64,000 bases of DNA from the NCBI GenBank assembly GCA_009103225.1, contig RHPI01000008.1, forward strand, positions 548,015-612,014, in the 5' to 3' direction. Source of the DNA: Chlorokybus atmophyticus (lineage: Eukaryota; Plantae; Mesostigma and Chlorokybus algae). Made by a program: the position numbers and the translations under genes. The notes under the pieces were generated by a model. That model was not told the origin of the DNA. It saw only the letters and a list, made by a program, of their open reading frames with translations, and did no database searches. Shown in pieces: positions 42,250 through 54,727 of the stretch. Position 1 is the first letter of the stretch. Every line of letters starts with the position of its first letter.

Positions 42250-45200
42250 AGCAGATTACCATGCCATCATCAATGGTGGTGTAGCAGTGCTACACCAATT
42301 TCGCTTCTTGTGTGTTTCGACAACGTTCCCGATCTCATTTTTAATTGCCATCGGCTGGTTATTCAAGGCAGCCTCGACATGTGAGCTGGTACGTTTGTAG
42401 CATACATCTATTTGAAGTCCTCAACCATCAGCGCCTTCCGCTGATGTGACCTAGTGGAAACCCCTCATTTCCTAACTAAGATTACAATATATAGCATTAA
42501 CAATGGTGATATAGTATTCAATGGTAGACCACATTGAATGCTTTGTCAATGGCATTTTTTGAAGGCATATTATTAGAGTTCGATAATCTGCGTCGCTGGT
42601 TTCGCTGCGCAGCTTATGTTTTCTTTTTACACATGATGCTCCGGGTGGTCAGTAGCAATGTAATAAACTAGTGAGGACAGTTGCCGCAATTAAATGCATA
42701 TAATAAATAATAAATTAAAAAAAAATGTAATACCACATATGTTTTGCCATTGAAGCATGGTTCAAAGTGCAACTAGCATTTACAACTTTTGAGTGAGCAA
42801 CTCGCAATATACAACACGTGCGGTTGTCTTCATAGCTCTGCTCCGGTTGTTCATTATTGTTGCTAGTGACAAACCGGTTTGGCCATTGCACTCCTCGTCA
42901 CACAACATATGTACATGCTTTATGAAGCATGCTTTGAGTAACACATTGATAAGCATTAAACAATTGTACTATGTTTTGAACGTATACTTATTTCTTGCAT
43001 ATTGTCAGCGGTAGCGACATCATGTGCTACGACAGCACATGTAGGTTGTTACAATAAAATGACGTCTCAAGCATTGGGCTATGGCAGCAACACACGCTGC
43101 TATAGAATGAACCACATGCCGTTTATTGATCCCATAATCACATACATAACACAAGCACATTGTAAAGGCAGCCCTTAACTTTAAACACATACAACGATAG
43201 TTTCAGTTCGTTTGTTTCAATGTATTTGAATAAGTCAAATAATTTACACTATACGTTATTATTGCTTATTAATACCACCGTTTTCATTATAAGAATGCTC
43301 ATAATTTATGCGGGCACACTACCTTACATTGTTGTTAGCTATAGTATGCCCCGTTGTTTCACATAACGTGCTATAAGGACTCAATATAAATGCCTTAATG
43401 GTATTAGAATCACATTGCGTAAAGCATTGCACTTAAAAAAGATATCAACATGAACGAATTACATCAGAAGCATATAACATACTCCTACTTATATGATTCA
43501 GGCAAGCATACTTATGTCTGTATGCCCTTTTCATAGTTGAATGCTTGCTTTTATAAATCCGACCGTTGTGATTGCCAGAACGTTAAAAAGGGCATTGTGC
43601 TTAACATGGGGCTATGTGGAGTCTACATTGTAGACGGATTAGCTATGTCAAAAAGTCCCCGTAGCACAAAGCGACGACGGTAGCATTAAAAGTTAATAAA
43701 TATGCACATATCTCATATCACACCATGTCATTAACGATTGATTTAGCGGTGCAACATGAGTAAATAATAACATTGCAAACCATATATGCATTTGATTGAG
43801 TAGTATTCATATGAGAATTATTCAAGTCAAATAAACTTATTAAACATACACCAGCGAGTATATAAACACAGACACTCCATCATAGCTGAAAATATGCATC
43901 ACATGCATGATGTCATAATCAATGATTATGATCCTTTAATGAGGATTATGCACGTGAATAAACTTGTATAATGCTCAGCTATGGATAACAAGGAGCAAGT
44001 TGATTATATGCTTAAAGGCGCCGCCTTAGGCTAAGCAGTTTGCGACATCTCCAATATTAATTTATTGGTTGCATGTGCATGAAAGTCACTTTTATTGCTG
44101 ATCATCATGCTGAGTCAATCACAATCATAATTATATTACAACGTGACAAGTGTAAGTTGGTTAAACTGCAAAGTTGCATGATAATCAACCAAATGCTATT
44201 GTGCTATTGTGCTATTGTGCAATTTGTTGTTACATTATCACATAAAAGTGGTACTTTAGACAATGTTAAGCATGTTTATATATACAACAGCGCAATCTTG
44301 CAAATATTATGCATAGAAAGACTGTTATCTATAATGAAAGCATCGCGCTTTACTCTAGCTAAAGATGCACCACATGCATATATACATGTATATACTTAGA
44401 CTTATTTTGTACATAGTGTTGTTGTTATATACTACATGATATATAAGCTTGCAATTGATCAACTTGAGTTTTATTTGTGATTCTACTCTATCACTAATGT
44501 GAGTGATAACGAGTATTGCTACTGAATGCAAGATAACCGTGGTGACTGTGGAAATGCTTTTTAATGAACATCGATTCCTTGATGTACAAAAGTTACTCAT
44601 TTTGCAATTGCAATTACTCGCTTATATCTAACCGAGTGGTTTTCATTCTTTGGTATGTCGGTTGATCTGTGACGCAGTGGTTGTTTTTAAGGTAAAGGAT
44701 GCCACCCAGTGTGCAAACCACAATTGTAATAGTACTTTTGTATATAGTTGTAATAAACGTCAGCATTACACATATTGCTCTTGGACAACCTAATTGTGCC
44801 AAAAGTTTAATTACACATATTGCTCTTTACAACCTAATTGTGCAAAGAGTTTAATGAAGCTCATAGCGGTCATATATTGCATTAAGGGTCCACTAGCTGA
44901 TATAGCAGGCGTGCCACACATGAAGTCGCAATCTCAATTTCTGGTTTGTGGTTGCAATTGGTTGCGTGGTTTTGGTTTAATTGGTTTACACAACGTGTGG
45001 CGCTGTCATTGCAGGTGGGCTACTATGCAAGCTGTGGTACCAACGTTGCTGCCAATGCCCGCCTCACATGCCTGCCTGCATTGTGTTTCTCTACTTGCTG
45101 GTGTTGGTGTAGGCAGTTGTGTTTCAACTTGCAATTGTCAGGGGCCCGGGCCCTTTGCTTGTTGTCTTTGCTTGTTTGCTGGTTCTTGCCATTGTACAGG

Positions 45201-45450
45201 ATATGCACGAAGCAGCTTTGTGCTAACTATTACTTTGGCCTATCTGTGTGATTTGTGGGTTTGCATACAAACCCCTTAACCTTTTGAAGTCACTCACTTG
45301 GTCACGCCGTGTAACACATAGTGTGGTAGTGGCCAATCAATGCATCATTTACAAAACTGTTATCATTGACATTGACGTGTCAATGGCTCAAAACCCTTGA
45401 TTGGTAAGTAGGTGCGACTGGGTTAACCCATTGCTATTGGCAATCAACTT
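42250..45450. other. AT-rich, ORF-poor island of about 3.2 kb
   Basis: Visibly far more A/T than the flanking genes (e.g. taataaataataaattaaaaaaaaatg); only short, non-homologous ORFs; no recognisable gene. Confidence 0.8.
44765..44853 (+). repeat. Tandem duplication of a 45/44-bp unit
   Basis: attacacatattgctcttggacaacctaattgtgccaaaagttta followed by attacacatattgctctttacaacctaattgtgcaaagagttta. Confidence 0.92.
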
Positions 45451-45763
45451 TCCCCGAACCCCTTCACAATCTCCGTACTCTGTACTCCGTACTCCCTCGC
45501 ATGTCAGGTGATTGACTTCAATACAGTAGTAGGCTTAGACTGGGTTGCATTCCTGGGAAGGTGCCCAAGCTACAAGCACTGCAGCAGCTACTACTCCATG
45601 CAACTTGATGCCACAACAGGCCCATGCACGCCGGATGTTGCAACTATCCGTAAGGGGACCAATTGTGCTGCAAGTGCAAGGCAACCTGATTGCAGGGTGC
45701 TCTGCAGATAGCTGTCCATTTGCACCTAGTCGTGCATACCAAAGCTAGCAGCAAGCGATTGAC

Positions 45764-48188
45764 TCAAACCACCCCTTGTGCAACTGCTGACTTCTCATAC
45801 TCAAGGGCCTGAGCGATAAACGATGGGACTTGCACAGCAACTCCAGCACCCATCTGCCAAGCAGCAACCTGGTCAACTCTGAAGCAAGCAATGCGCTTCA
45901 CATGCAAGTGCATGCAATCACGGCCATACCGTTGAGGACAATGCAATCGAGCTGAAGAATCCCGCAACAGCTGTACAGCAATACACAGTAGTGCACACGC
46001 AGTAAGTAGCAATCCTTGCTGAATGCAACTTGCAGCACCACACAAGATGAGAGTACATTTGTCAAGATGATACCATCCAGCACAAGAACACCATGCCACG
46101 TCCATGAACCAACCAGTTGTCATACCAGCACGGCCCTTCAACGCCGCAGCGCCGCTACCTTTAGCACCCTTGCTGCGCGCCGCCAACAGCGCACTGGCAA
46201 GCGCTGCAAGGTTTCTTTCGAGCTTCTCCGGCTCAAAACTTACCTGCAATAAGTGCGTGTCCGAAATTGATGCGTGTTGCAAAGCCAAACCCCTCCTATT
46301 GCTTCCCGTATAAACTCTAGAATGACTGCAGACACTTAGCTACCTTGCCAATTCCAGCGTGCACAATGCCACCTTTGTCAGTGCGGAACTCGATCGTTCC
46401 TCGCTTGGCATTGGCAACTGCGTCCGTAACATTGTTGGTGACTGTCCCCACCTGCATGGTATGCTATGGTCAGCTTCAGCACTTCAAACATTTCAATGCG
46501 GTACAGCGACGCGCATTGACACAAACCACTTGATGCTAGAATGCCAGCGCACTTGCCTTTGGGTTGGGCATCAGTCCTCGTGGACCCAATATGCGCGCAA
46601 CCTGCATGCCACCACCACCAGGCACAACTTAGCGTACACGCTTGCAGACAGCGACATGGACAACCCTGCCTGGCATAAACAACACTGTTGGCACACCTGC
46701 CCAACGAGCGGCATCATATCTGGTGTTGCAATACACCGATCCACATCGAGCTTTTTGTCTGTTAAGCTACTGATCAGTGCTGTTGATGTTAACCTGAGCA
46801 TGCATGCATGGCAAGCTCACGCACTAGTCTTTATTGTTGTGATCAAGTCTTCAGCGCCAACCACCTCAGCGCCCGCAGCCAAGGCGGCCTCTGCTGCATC
46901 GCCGCGTGCAAACACAGCTACACGGGTCGTCTGCATGGACAGTCATTAGTACTTGGCTGTGGCTTGAAGAGCATAGGTCGTGCGTGACGCATCCAAGCAA
47001 TCAACAGCCACACCTACAAATGTTCAGTAGCAAGTTGGTACCTTTCCGGTGCCATATGGAACGGTTGTGGCGCCGCGAACCATCTGAGGTCACACAGGCT
47101 AAAGTTACACAACTGTGAGAGTCTTTCTGCGCAAGTGCTCATCCCGCACTGCATTGTTTGCACTAGCAAACACAGGTGCCAAACCTGATCTGTGCGAGCA
47201 GGATTGATTCCGAGCTTAATAGCAACTTCAACGGTTTCATCAAATTTTCGGCGCTTCAACCTCGACGCAGCCTGAAAACATTGATTTGTAAGGCATGAAG
47301 CAACAGCTGTTACTGTTCCTGGCTTCAAGCTGAACAAAACGAACACTTGGCTGTGATACAGCATATTGCTCCCGCGCAAGTCCTTGCCAACCAAACACAG
47401 CTATTGCCTATCACAAACGCGTACATGGAGGACTATGTAACGCTGACGTCAAGTGCACTGCAGCAGGCAAGCTGAACTGAACATCCGCGTGCAAAGTCTG
47501 GTGAAGTGAGGAACACATCATCAAAGTCAACAGGCCAAGTTGACTACCGCTGCATGCGCTATGGGTACAGGATTACCGCTGCAACGAGGTGCAGGTTTCT
47601 CACCGCTTCTGTCTAGGAGGACAGTGAGGCATGCACATTCAAACTGGTGCGGAACTGAGTGCGCCGTCACATGTTGCTGCAATGTAGGCGCACAAACCAG
47701 CTCAACATAATGAAAGTTAAGAAACATTTGGACTAACATCGCGATGGCTCGTCCGTGTGCAAGATCAAGACATTGAATGCAAATCAACATGCATGCAGCG
47801 ACCAAAAGTACAGGCTAGGATGGAACAACAAGGGCAGCACCATTGCAAGCGGCGCACAGCTGCGCAGGAAACCAGCATTGCGGGCACATTGCTATGCTTG
47901 TAACGGCACGCTCATGCTTACTTGAACCTGCCGTAATGCCTCTATGAGAGGCAACGGCGACTTGGCTCGTGCTCGCCGCCTGGGCGCGTCAACGAAGGTA
48001 GGCAGCGATGTCTCGGCAGCAGCAGCTGCCGCCGCCGGCAAAGCGGAGGCAGCAGAGCAGAAGCCACGCAGCCCATGACTTGCGGCAACACCGGCAGCAG
48101 CCCAGCTACTGCTACTACTGCTGCAACAGGCTGCAGCACTGCGCTGCACCAAGCTCGCCACCGCCCTTAGCCTCACCGCCGCCGCCAT
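45764..48188 (-). CDS. uL1m: Organellar (probably mitochondrial) ribosomal protein uL1, multi-exon
   Basis: Arg/Ala/Ser presequence [17 protein letters not shown]...[101 protein letters not shown]. Confidence 0.9.
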
Positions 48189-48263
48189 GCGCAAGCCCTG
48201 AACGTGCTACTTGTGTGCAACTTGCACGCTGATTGCTTGATGGCAGCGGCTTGCGCATGGCGG
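48182..48263. promoter_or_regulatory. Ultra-short bidirectional spacer flanked by a perfect 16-bp inverted repeat containing both start codons
   Basis: ccgccatgcgcaagcc (48182-48197) and ggcttgcgcatggcgg (48248-48263). ATGs at 48188 (-) and 48257 (+). Confidence 0.85.
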
Positions 48264-51200
48264 ACATAGAGGCGGCGGCGGCGGCGGTGGCCGCGTCTGT
48301 AGCCTCGGCTTCCAACCCTGCAGCGACATCTGAGCGACGCAAAGCTGCGCTTGAGCTGTGCGACCAGGTTGGTGGGATGGGGGGCTTGATCGATTGGTTT
48401 CGGGCCAGACTTGCTCCTTTGCAGCTGAAATTGTTGCCAACATGCCGACTCAACGCCTGCTTTATCTACACATTTCTCAGTCGAGTCGAGGTGGCCAGTG
48501 CCTATGCCACGTGTATGTGCATTGTTGTTTGCAGCATTCGTGGACAGCAGTTGCTGAGTGTCATGGCAAGTGCAGGCTCTGCCATACTGAGTGACTCGAC
48601 TCGAAGTAAGTCATACCAACGTTTGATGCCCAGGTCATATCTAGAGGAAACAATTGCAGCGGACTAGTAATTGATGCTGCTATGCAGCTGCTAGCTATCA
48701 GGTCTAACTGCATGCAATGCCTCAAAGGCTGCTCACTTGTGCATGTAGGTTGCTGTGCGATTGCGCTGCATGCTTGCTAGGCACACAAAACTGGTACCCG
48801 CTTGCTGGGTGATCAACTGCGAGTGCTGTTTGTCATGTGCTGCAATCAGCCTTTGGTAATTCGACCTTGCCTTGTCCCGTAGTTCAAAAATGGTGATCCA
48901 AGAACTGTAGCCACCGTTGCTGTTGTCCTCGCCAAGCGTGGACAGCCTCCGGAAATTCAGCATTTTGCGTACGGCGTGCTGCAGGTAAATTGCTTGGAAT
49001 TCTCAGGAGTGGCATGTTGCTTTGGCCAACTCTTCGCATTGTGGACCCAGTTTAGCGCTCATTATGATTTGTCTGCCCTTGCTTAAAGAACTTGAGAATG
49101 TCCCTCCCTTAGTACAAAAATGTTAATCACAACATCTGCTTCGTCTATCGCATGGCTGTAACGCGATGCTGTTCGGACAGCACGTGCTGCGGACTCATGG
49201 AACTGAGCTTACTCCTGAAGAAAAGCGTGGCTTTCTCGTCACAGCTTTGCAGCTTTTCAAGGAATGCATGGATGATAGTGTCCCAGCAGGCTGGGCAATC
49301 AAAGCCAAGGTGGCGTCCTTACTTGCAGAGGTTAGTGGTGCTAGACGATACGCTGGTTTCGCGATCCCGGCCGGCATTGTTGTATGGGTGCACATGTGAT
49401 GCCAGGTGCATGTTCGGCAGGTTTGACACTGTGTTACTTGATATGTAGGTTGCTAGAGCGGAGGGTCCAGCGGTGTGGCATGAGCTATTGCCAACACTAT
49501 TCCAAGCTGCCACACAAGGGCCATCACAGGTATTTCTTACGTACTTGTTGTTGCTGTGTGTCCTGTTCATGTCATGATGGCAGCTGGTTGTGCTGATTGT
49601 TGATTGGTTTGTCCTAGGCAGAGCTGGTTGCATTAGCGTTGCGGTGGCTGCCTGAAGATGTGACAGTCCACAATGAGGATTTGCAAGGTGAAAGGTGGCA
49701 GTTGTTGTGCATGTCTTGCCTTGACCTATTGTCCCCTGTTCTTTGTTTCATTGACTCAATCCTGGGAAGTCTTGTGTTGATGGCCGTCAATTGTCAGGCG
49801 ATCGTAGGCGTGGACTGCTGTTTGCACTTACAAAAGCTTTACCACAGATTTTACCATTCCTCTACAAGGTATACTGCGTGTTTTCATTCTGCTCGGATAA
49901 TTGCTTGCATATTGGTGGTCTCTCTCTTCACAATCTTGTTTACCTGAAGCATGGCTCGCATGCCTACAGTTGTTAGAACAACACTTTGCCGAAGCCATGG
50001 CCGCCTTGCAGCAGAGTAGTACAGCACTAGCAAGAAGGCACGCAGCAGTTATAGAAGCCACACTTGCGGCTATGGGGGCATATGCGGAGTGGGCACCCGT
50101 TTCTGCACTCACCAATGCTGGCTCTAGCTGCGTTGATGCGTGTGGGCACTTCCTGCGGTATGCCGAGTTCCAGAATCATGCATGCGACTTCTTCAAGAAC
50201 TTCTGTGCCAGGTACCACCCTTGTTCCAGGCAGCTGGTGTCGCTGAGTGTTATCATGGGCGCTTGCAGGCTGTGGCTTCGTAGCTCCATGCAGTGACTCC
50301 ATGACTGCTGACCTGAAGAGTTGCAAATGGCAGGCGGCGTGGTAAAGGTGAGGAGGCAGAAGTGTTTGACTCAGCTATGGTACGAGCTGGCGAGGCACTC
50401 TGTTCATCAGCACCAGCTGTGCTTGGGAGAGCCCCAGGAAGCAATGTGCCAGGATCTGCGGAGGATGTTTATGATGAGGACTTTGCGCAGCGGTTGTCTG
50501 AGGCTCTAGTGTCGCTGGGTAACAACCACCTTCACGCATTGTCAACACGACCAGACATACAGGATGTGTATCTGAAACAGGTAATGACGCGTTTGCTTGC
50601 TGGGCTTGACACTGGCATTGTTCTGCCGCTAAGTTGAGCGTGTCGCCATGAACAGATGCTTGACTTCGCTCGCCACAAGAACCAAGCGCTGTCATCCATA
50701 TCGCTACAGTTCTGGCTGGTAAGTCACTGGTAATTGACATGCCAGCTCGCATTGGTCCTGATTTACACAGGTACGACTCTCTTGTTCAGCCATTACTGCG
50801 AGAAAGTGGTCAGCCAGACCCAGCAGCACGCTCGAAAGCTACCAAAGTTGACAGCGAAACTGCTGCTGCATTGCTTGAGACAGCTAGTGACCGCTTGCAC
50901 AGAGCGTGGGCTTCCATCAGCATCACCGGTCAAACCCCCAAGGATGTCGTACCAGAGGACTTCCTGAGCGATGCTGAGTACGTCAAGTATCGCCTACAGG
51001 TAAGCACTGGTTGCCAATGCCGTGCAGAAAATCAACTGAGCAGAGTAGCCAATTGACTCTGATTGTCATCACTGGCCAGCTGGTGGACTTGGTGCGCCTG
51101 GTGTCTGCACAGCACCCAGCACTTGCTGTGCAAGCAACTGTGGGGAGGACAGGGTTGGCAATTGCTAACTTGGACGGGGGCATCGCAACTCATGACGCAC

Positions 51201-53559
51201 TGGATAGCGCTGTCATGGTTCTGGAGAACGCAACGTCAGCAATGCCAACAGATGCATTTGCAAGCGACCCTGGTGTGGTAGCCAGTATCGAGCAGTTTCT
51301 GCAGCAAGTCCTGAGCATCCAGTACTCCAGCCCAATAGTAGCCGAGCAGCTGTGCCGCATACTAGACAGCTTTGGCAAGTACTACAAGCCAGGGCCGGCA
51401 ATCCTGCCCCAGGTGATTAGCAAGCTATTTGACGTTTTTAGCACCATTCCAACTCCAACAGCACCACCTGCATCTACCAGCAAAGCGCGGCGTAGGGCAC
51501 GCCAGCAGGCAGGCGCCTCTGTGCTGAAGATTTCTCTTGCCGCGGCAACTGTGCTCGCACCACATCTGGTCGCTTTCGCGGATGGCATCAGTACATTGCA
51601 ACAGCAGGGCATACTTCAGGACGGTGATCACATAATGCTGCAAGAAGCCTTGCTGGTGATAGCATCAAAAGCTGGCGATACTGCGCAAAGCCAAGTCTTC
51701 AATCAGATTCTTGAACCGCTGCGACTGAGATGGACAGATCCTCATTGGCAGAGTTCATTGACAAGTGCACAAAGCTTTGTGGCTTTCTTAGCCCCTGCCC
51801 AGCTCAACTGTGAACAGCGTGCGTGGTTGTTTTCTGCTATGGCCATGTTGGAAAAGCTTCTAAAGAGGGCTGAGCCTGCAGCAGCCAAGCAGAGCGCTTC
51901 TCACCCCTTGTCACAGCACTTGCAGTGGATCCTGCCGCCACTCCTACAGCTGATAAAATGCCTTCATGAACTGTGGTCTCCACCGGTGCAACAACAGGTA
52001 TGGCATTCCCGCACCTGACTCTGTGCCCTTGCAGTGTGTCATACAAGCAGTACCAATGCCAGCAGGACAACCAAAACAGCCTGCATTGCGTTGCCATTGA
52101 CTGTGCAGGTGCTACCAGCTGGGTATCAGGAAGCTCTAGACATAGGCCCCTTCGAAAAGTCTATGCTTGCTGGAAACACCCCAGCACAGGCCGTTGCTTC
52201 TGTCCCCGGCGGCGATCGCGAGGATACCGATAGTGGTGCAGTAGATGGTGAAGGTCCAGCTTCTCTGCGTAATTTTTTGAAGGGCATCCGGGAGTCGGCC
52301 TATCAAGTTGTTGGATTGTGCGCCACAAAGTTGCCGGCTTTTTATGAGCAGTCGAACATTGCCAACCTGTTGCCGACATGTTTATTCCACTGCTTTGAAG
52401 CAGTGGAAGCTCGGCATGTCAAGTCCTTTCTCAGGAACATAGTGGTTCCTTTCACAAAGCATTGCCCACCTCAGCTGCGCTCAACGTGGCTCACCCCTGT
52501 GTTGCACCCGACACTTGTCCACATGCACTCCAGGCTTACAGCAGCTTGGCAGCAACACACCGTTCCAGATGCTACAACAAAGGAACGCGGCACCCAGGAG
52601 TTGACTGCCGAAGTTGTCACTGACAAGTTGCTGCGTGACATGACCCGAGAGCACTGCGCACTTCTTGTGCTACTAACACAACCGCTACAAGCTTCCCAGA
52701 ATGGTTGCAGCTCTCCAAGAGACACAGCGCCAGAAGTTTCAATGGGCGGTGCAGCAGACCAGTCGAGTCTTCTGTTTTATTTGCTTCAGCACGAAGCCAT
52801 GGCAAGCGCCGCTATTCATACGGCAATCTCAGCGTTGAGCTGGCCAGACAGCGAGTCGGCACACAAAGCTGTGGCATTCTGCTCAGCTCTAACTACCGTT
52901 GCCGTAGGAGACGCTCGATTGCATGCAGTTGTTGGGGCAGAGGTGCTGCATGCTGCAATCAGTGCCCTTACGTTCGTCTCCAATCAGACCAACCAAAGCG
53001 ATCTCATTGCACTGATCAGAGAGATATATGTCAAGCTTTCGCCCTGCACCTCAGCTCCAAGCCAGGTGAGTGTTGCCTTGTGAATGCAAGCAACCTGTTC
53101 ACTTCAGCAGCCCGTACGTCATCACAGCACCTTTGCAGGTGCTACTGAGCTTGCCAACGGTCAACTCTGCTTCTTTGCAAAAGTTGCAGCAAGCGGTCAG
53201 CAGCACCGGCAGCGAAAAGGAGCAGCGGCAGCTGTTGAAACAACTCCTGCTAGCTGCCGGCGGGGACGACCTCAAGGCGCTTAGCTCTCCTGTGAAGTCC
53301 AGCACAATAAGCAATCTACCAGGTATGCCTATCCTCACATGTGTTTGCATGCAGACTGCACATTTGCGGCGATTGCTGCAAGCTTCAAACGTACAATTGC
53401 ATTGACTCTTTGATTTATCAGAGTAAGGCCTCATGATCCTGACTAGGAGTGTAACGGTTACATGCTGTCGTGCTTGCAGGTAGGACCATGGCACCAAAGC
53501 GCATCAATGCACCCAAAGACGATGACACTGGCATGTCACTGTCCAGCATTGGTCTATAG
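48257..53559 (+). CDS. HASTY: Exportin-5 / HASTY, multi-exon
   Basis: MADIEAAAAAVAASVASASNPAATSERRKAALELCDQ, HFAYGVLQ, WAIKAKVASLLAE, ELVALALRWLPEDVTVHNEDLQG|DRRRGLLFALTKALPQILPFLY, TLAAMGAYAEWAP, LRNFLKGIRESAYQVVGL, EVVTDKLLRDMTRE. Last exon ends TAG at 53559. Confidence 0.93.
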
Positions 53560-54429
53560 GACTCGCAACGGCGCATCACATGATGTGTACAGTCACCACG
53601 CGCAATGTGGTAATCGCACAGCGGGAAGTCCAGCACTGTACAGCTACAAGTTCGCTGACGTTCTCAGCTCTGCAACTATTGTGTCTGTGCATAAATGCAC
53701 GGGTCATGTGCTAGAACACAGGAAGTCCCTGATATAGAGGTCATATTTGCATGGCTGTCGCCACTGCAAGTGTGACACACGTGTATCAGTTTGTCAGTCT
53801 ATGAGCTGCTGTTGCAGGGAGCATGTTTGTGTATAGTCCATCTGTGACAAGTGCAAAGCTCAGAAGTGCTTGTGGGACCTTGAAGGTCCTAGGCCGCCCC
53901 CTCGCGCGGCCAGCCCTTAGGTCCAGGGTTGCGCAGCACATAACATTTGAGCGTGGGTTTTATACAATGTACATAAGTCTCAAGAGCGTGCAGCATGCAC
54001 TGAACTGTCGGTATGCATGTGTGATGCAATGCTGTGAGCGCTCAATGTCAGTTACATGGGTGTTGTGTGATGTGCTTTATGATATCTGATGTTGCGAGCA
54101 CACCGGTGCCTGCCGCAAGGGCACTTATCAACACACGCCAGATTGTGTGGCAAGGTTTGTCCCACATTTCTCACAACCCTCTATTACATTGACATGCAAG
54201 CGTTGAGCTGTCAGCGCTGCTACCATGCCTACCACACGCATGTGTCCTCCACATGGACTGTGCACGCCGCCACTGCACTACATGCATCATTCTTAGTGGG
54301 CTCATGAAAAAGCGGCACTCCAAAGTTCCTTGATATGTGGCCTGTAAGAGAGCATCACAATGCTGCTTGTGTCACGTTGGATGCATGTGTTGCTGGCATA
54401 ACGGTAAGAACACCGCTGTAAACCCAATC

Positions 54430-54620
54430 AACACATTGTGTGTCTAACGGGGAAGGCGAGTAGTGTAGTTGTGGATAGTATAGCCCGGTGGTGAATGATA
54501 TGACATGCTGTTTGCTATGTGTGGTGGGTGAATGTCACTGTGTGTGTGGTGATGCAATAAACACCCTTGCATGCAGCATATGAGGCATAATCTTTTGTAC
54601 ATATGTGGCATACGATCTTT
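54430..54620 (+). repeat. Dispersed copy of the Penelope-like 3'-terminal segment
   Basis: gtctaacgggg...tagcccggtggtgaat (core 54484-54493) is the reverse complement of attcaccaccggg...ccccgttagac at 32224-32292. Confidence 0.7.
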
Positions 54621-54727
54621 GTACACTTATCTTCACAAAAAGCAATCATTACAATATAAGCCATCAACCGGAATCGTTGATATACTTGTTCTAGCGTTGT
54701 GAACCAAAACAATTCGATACAACTTTC

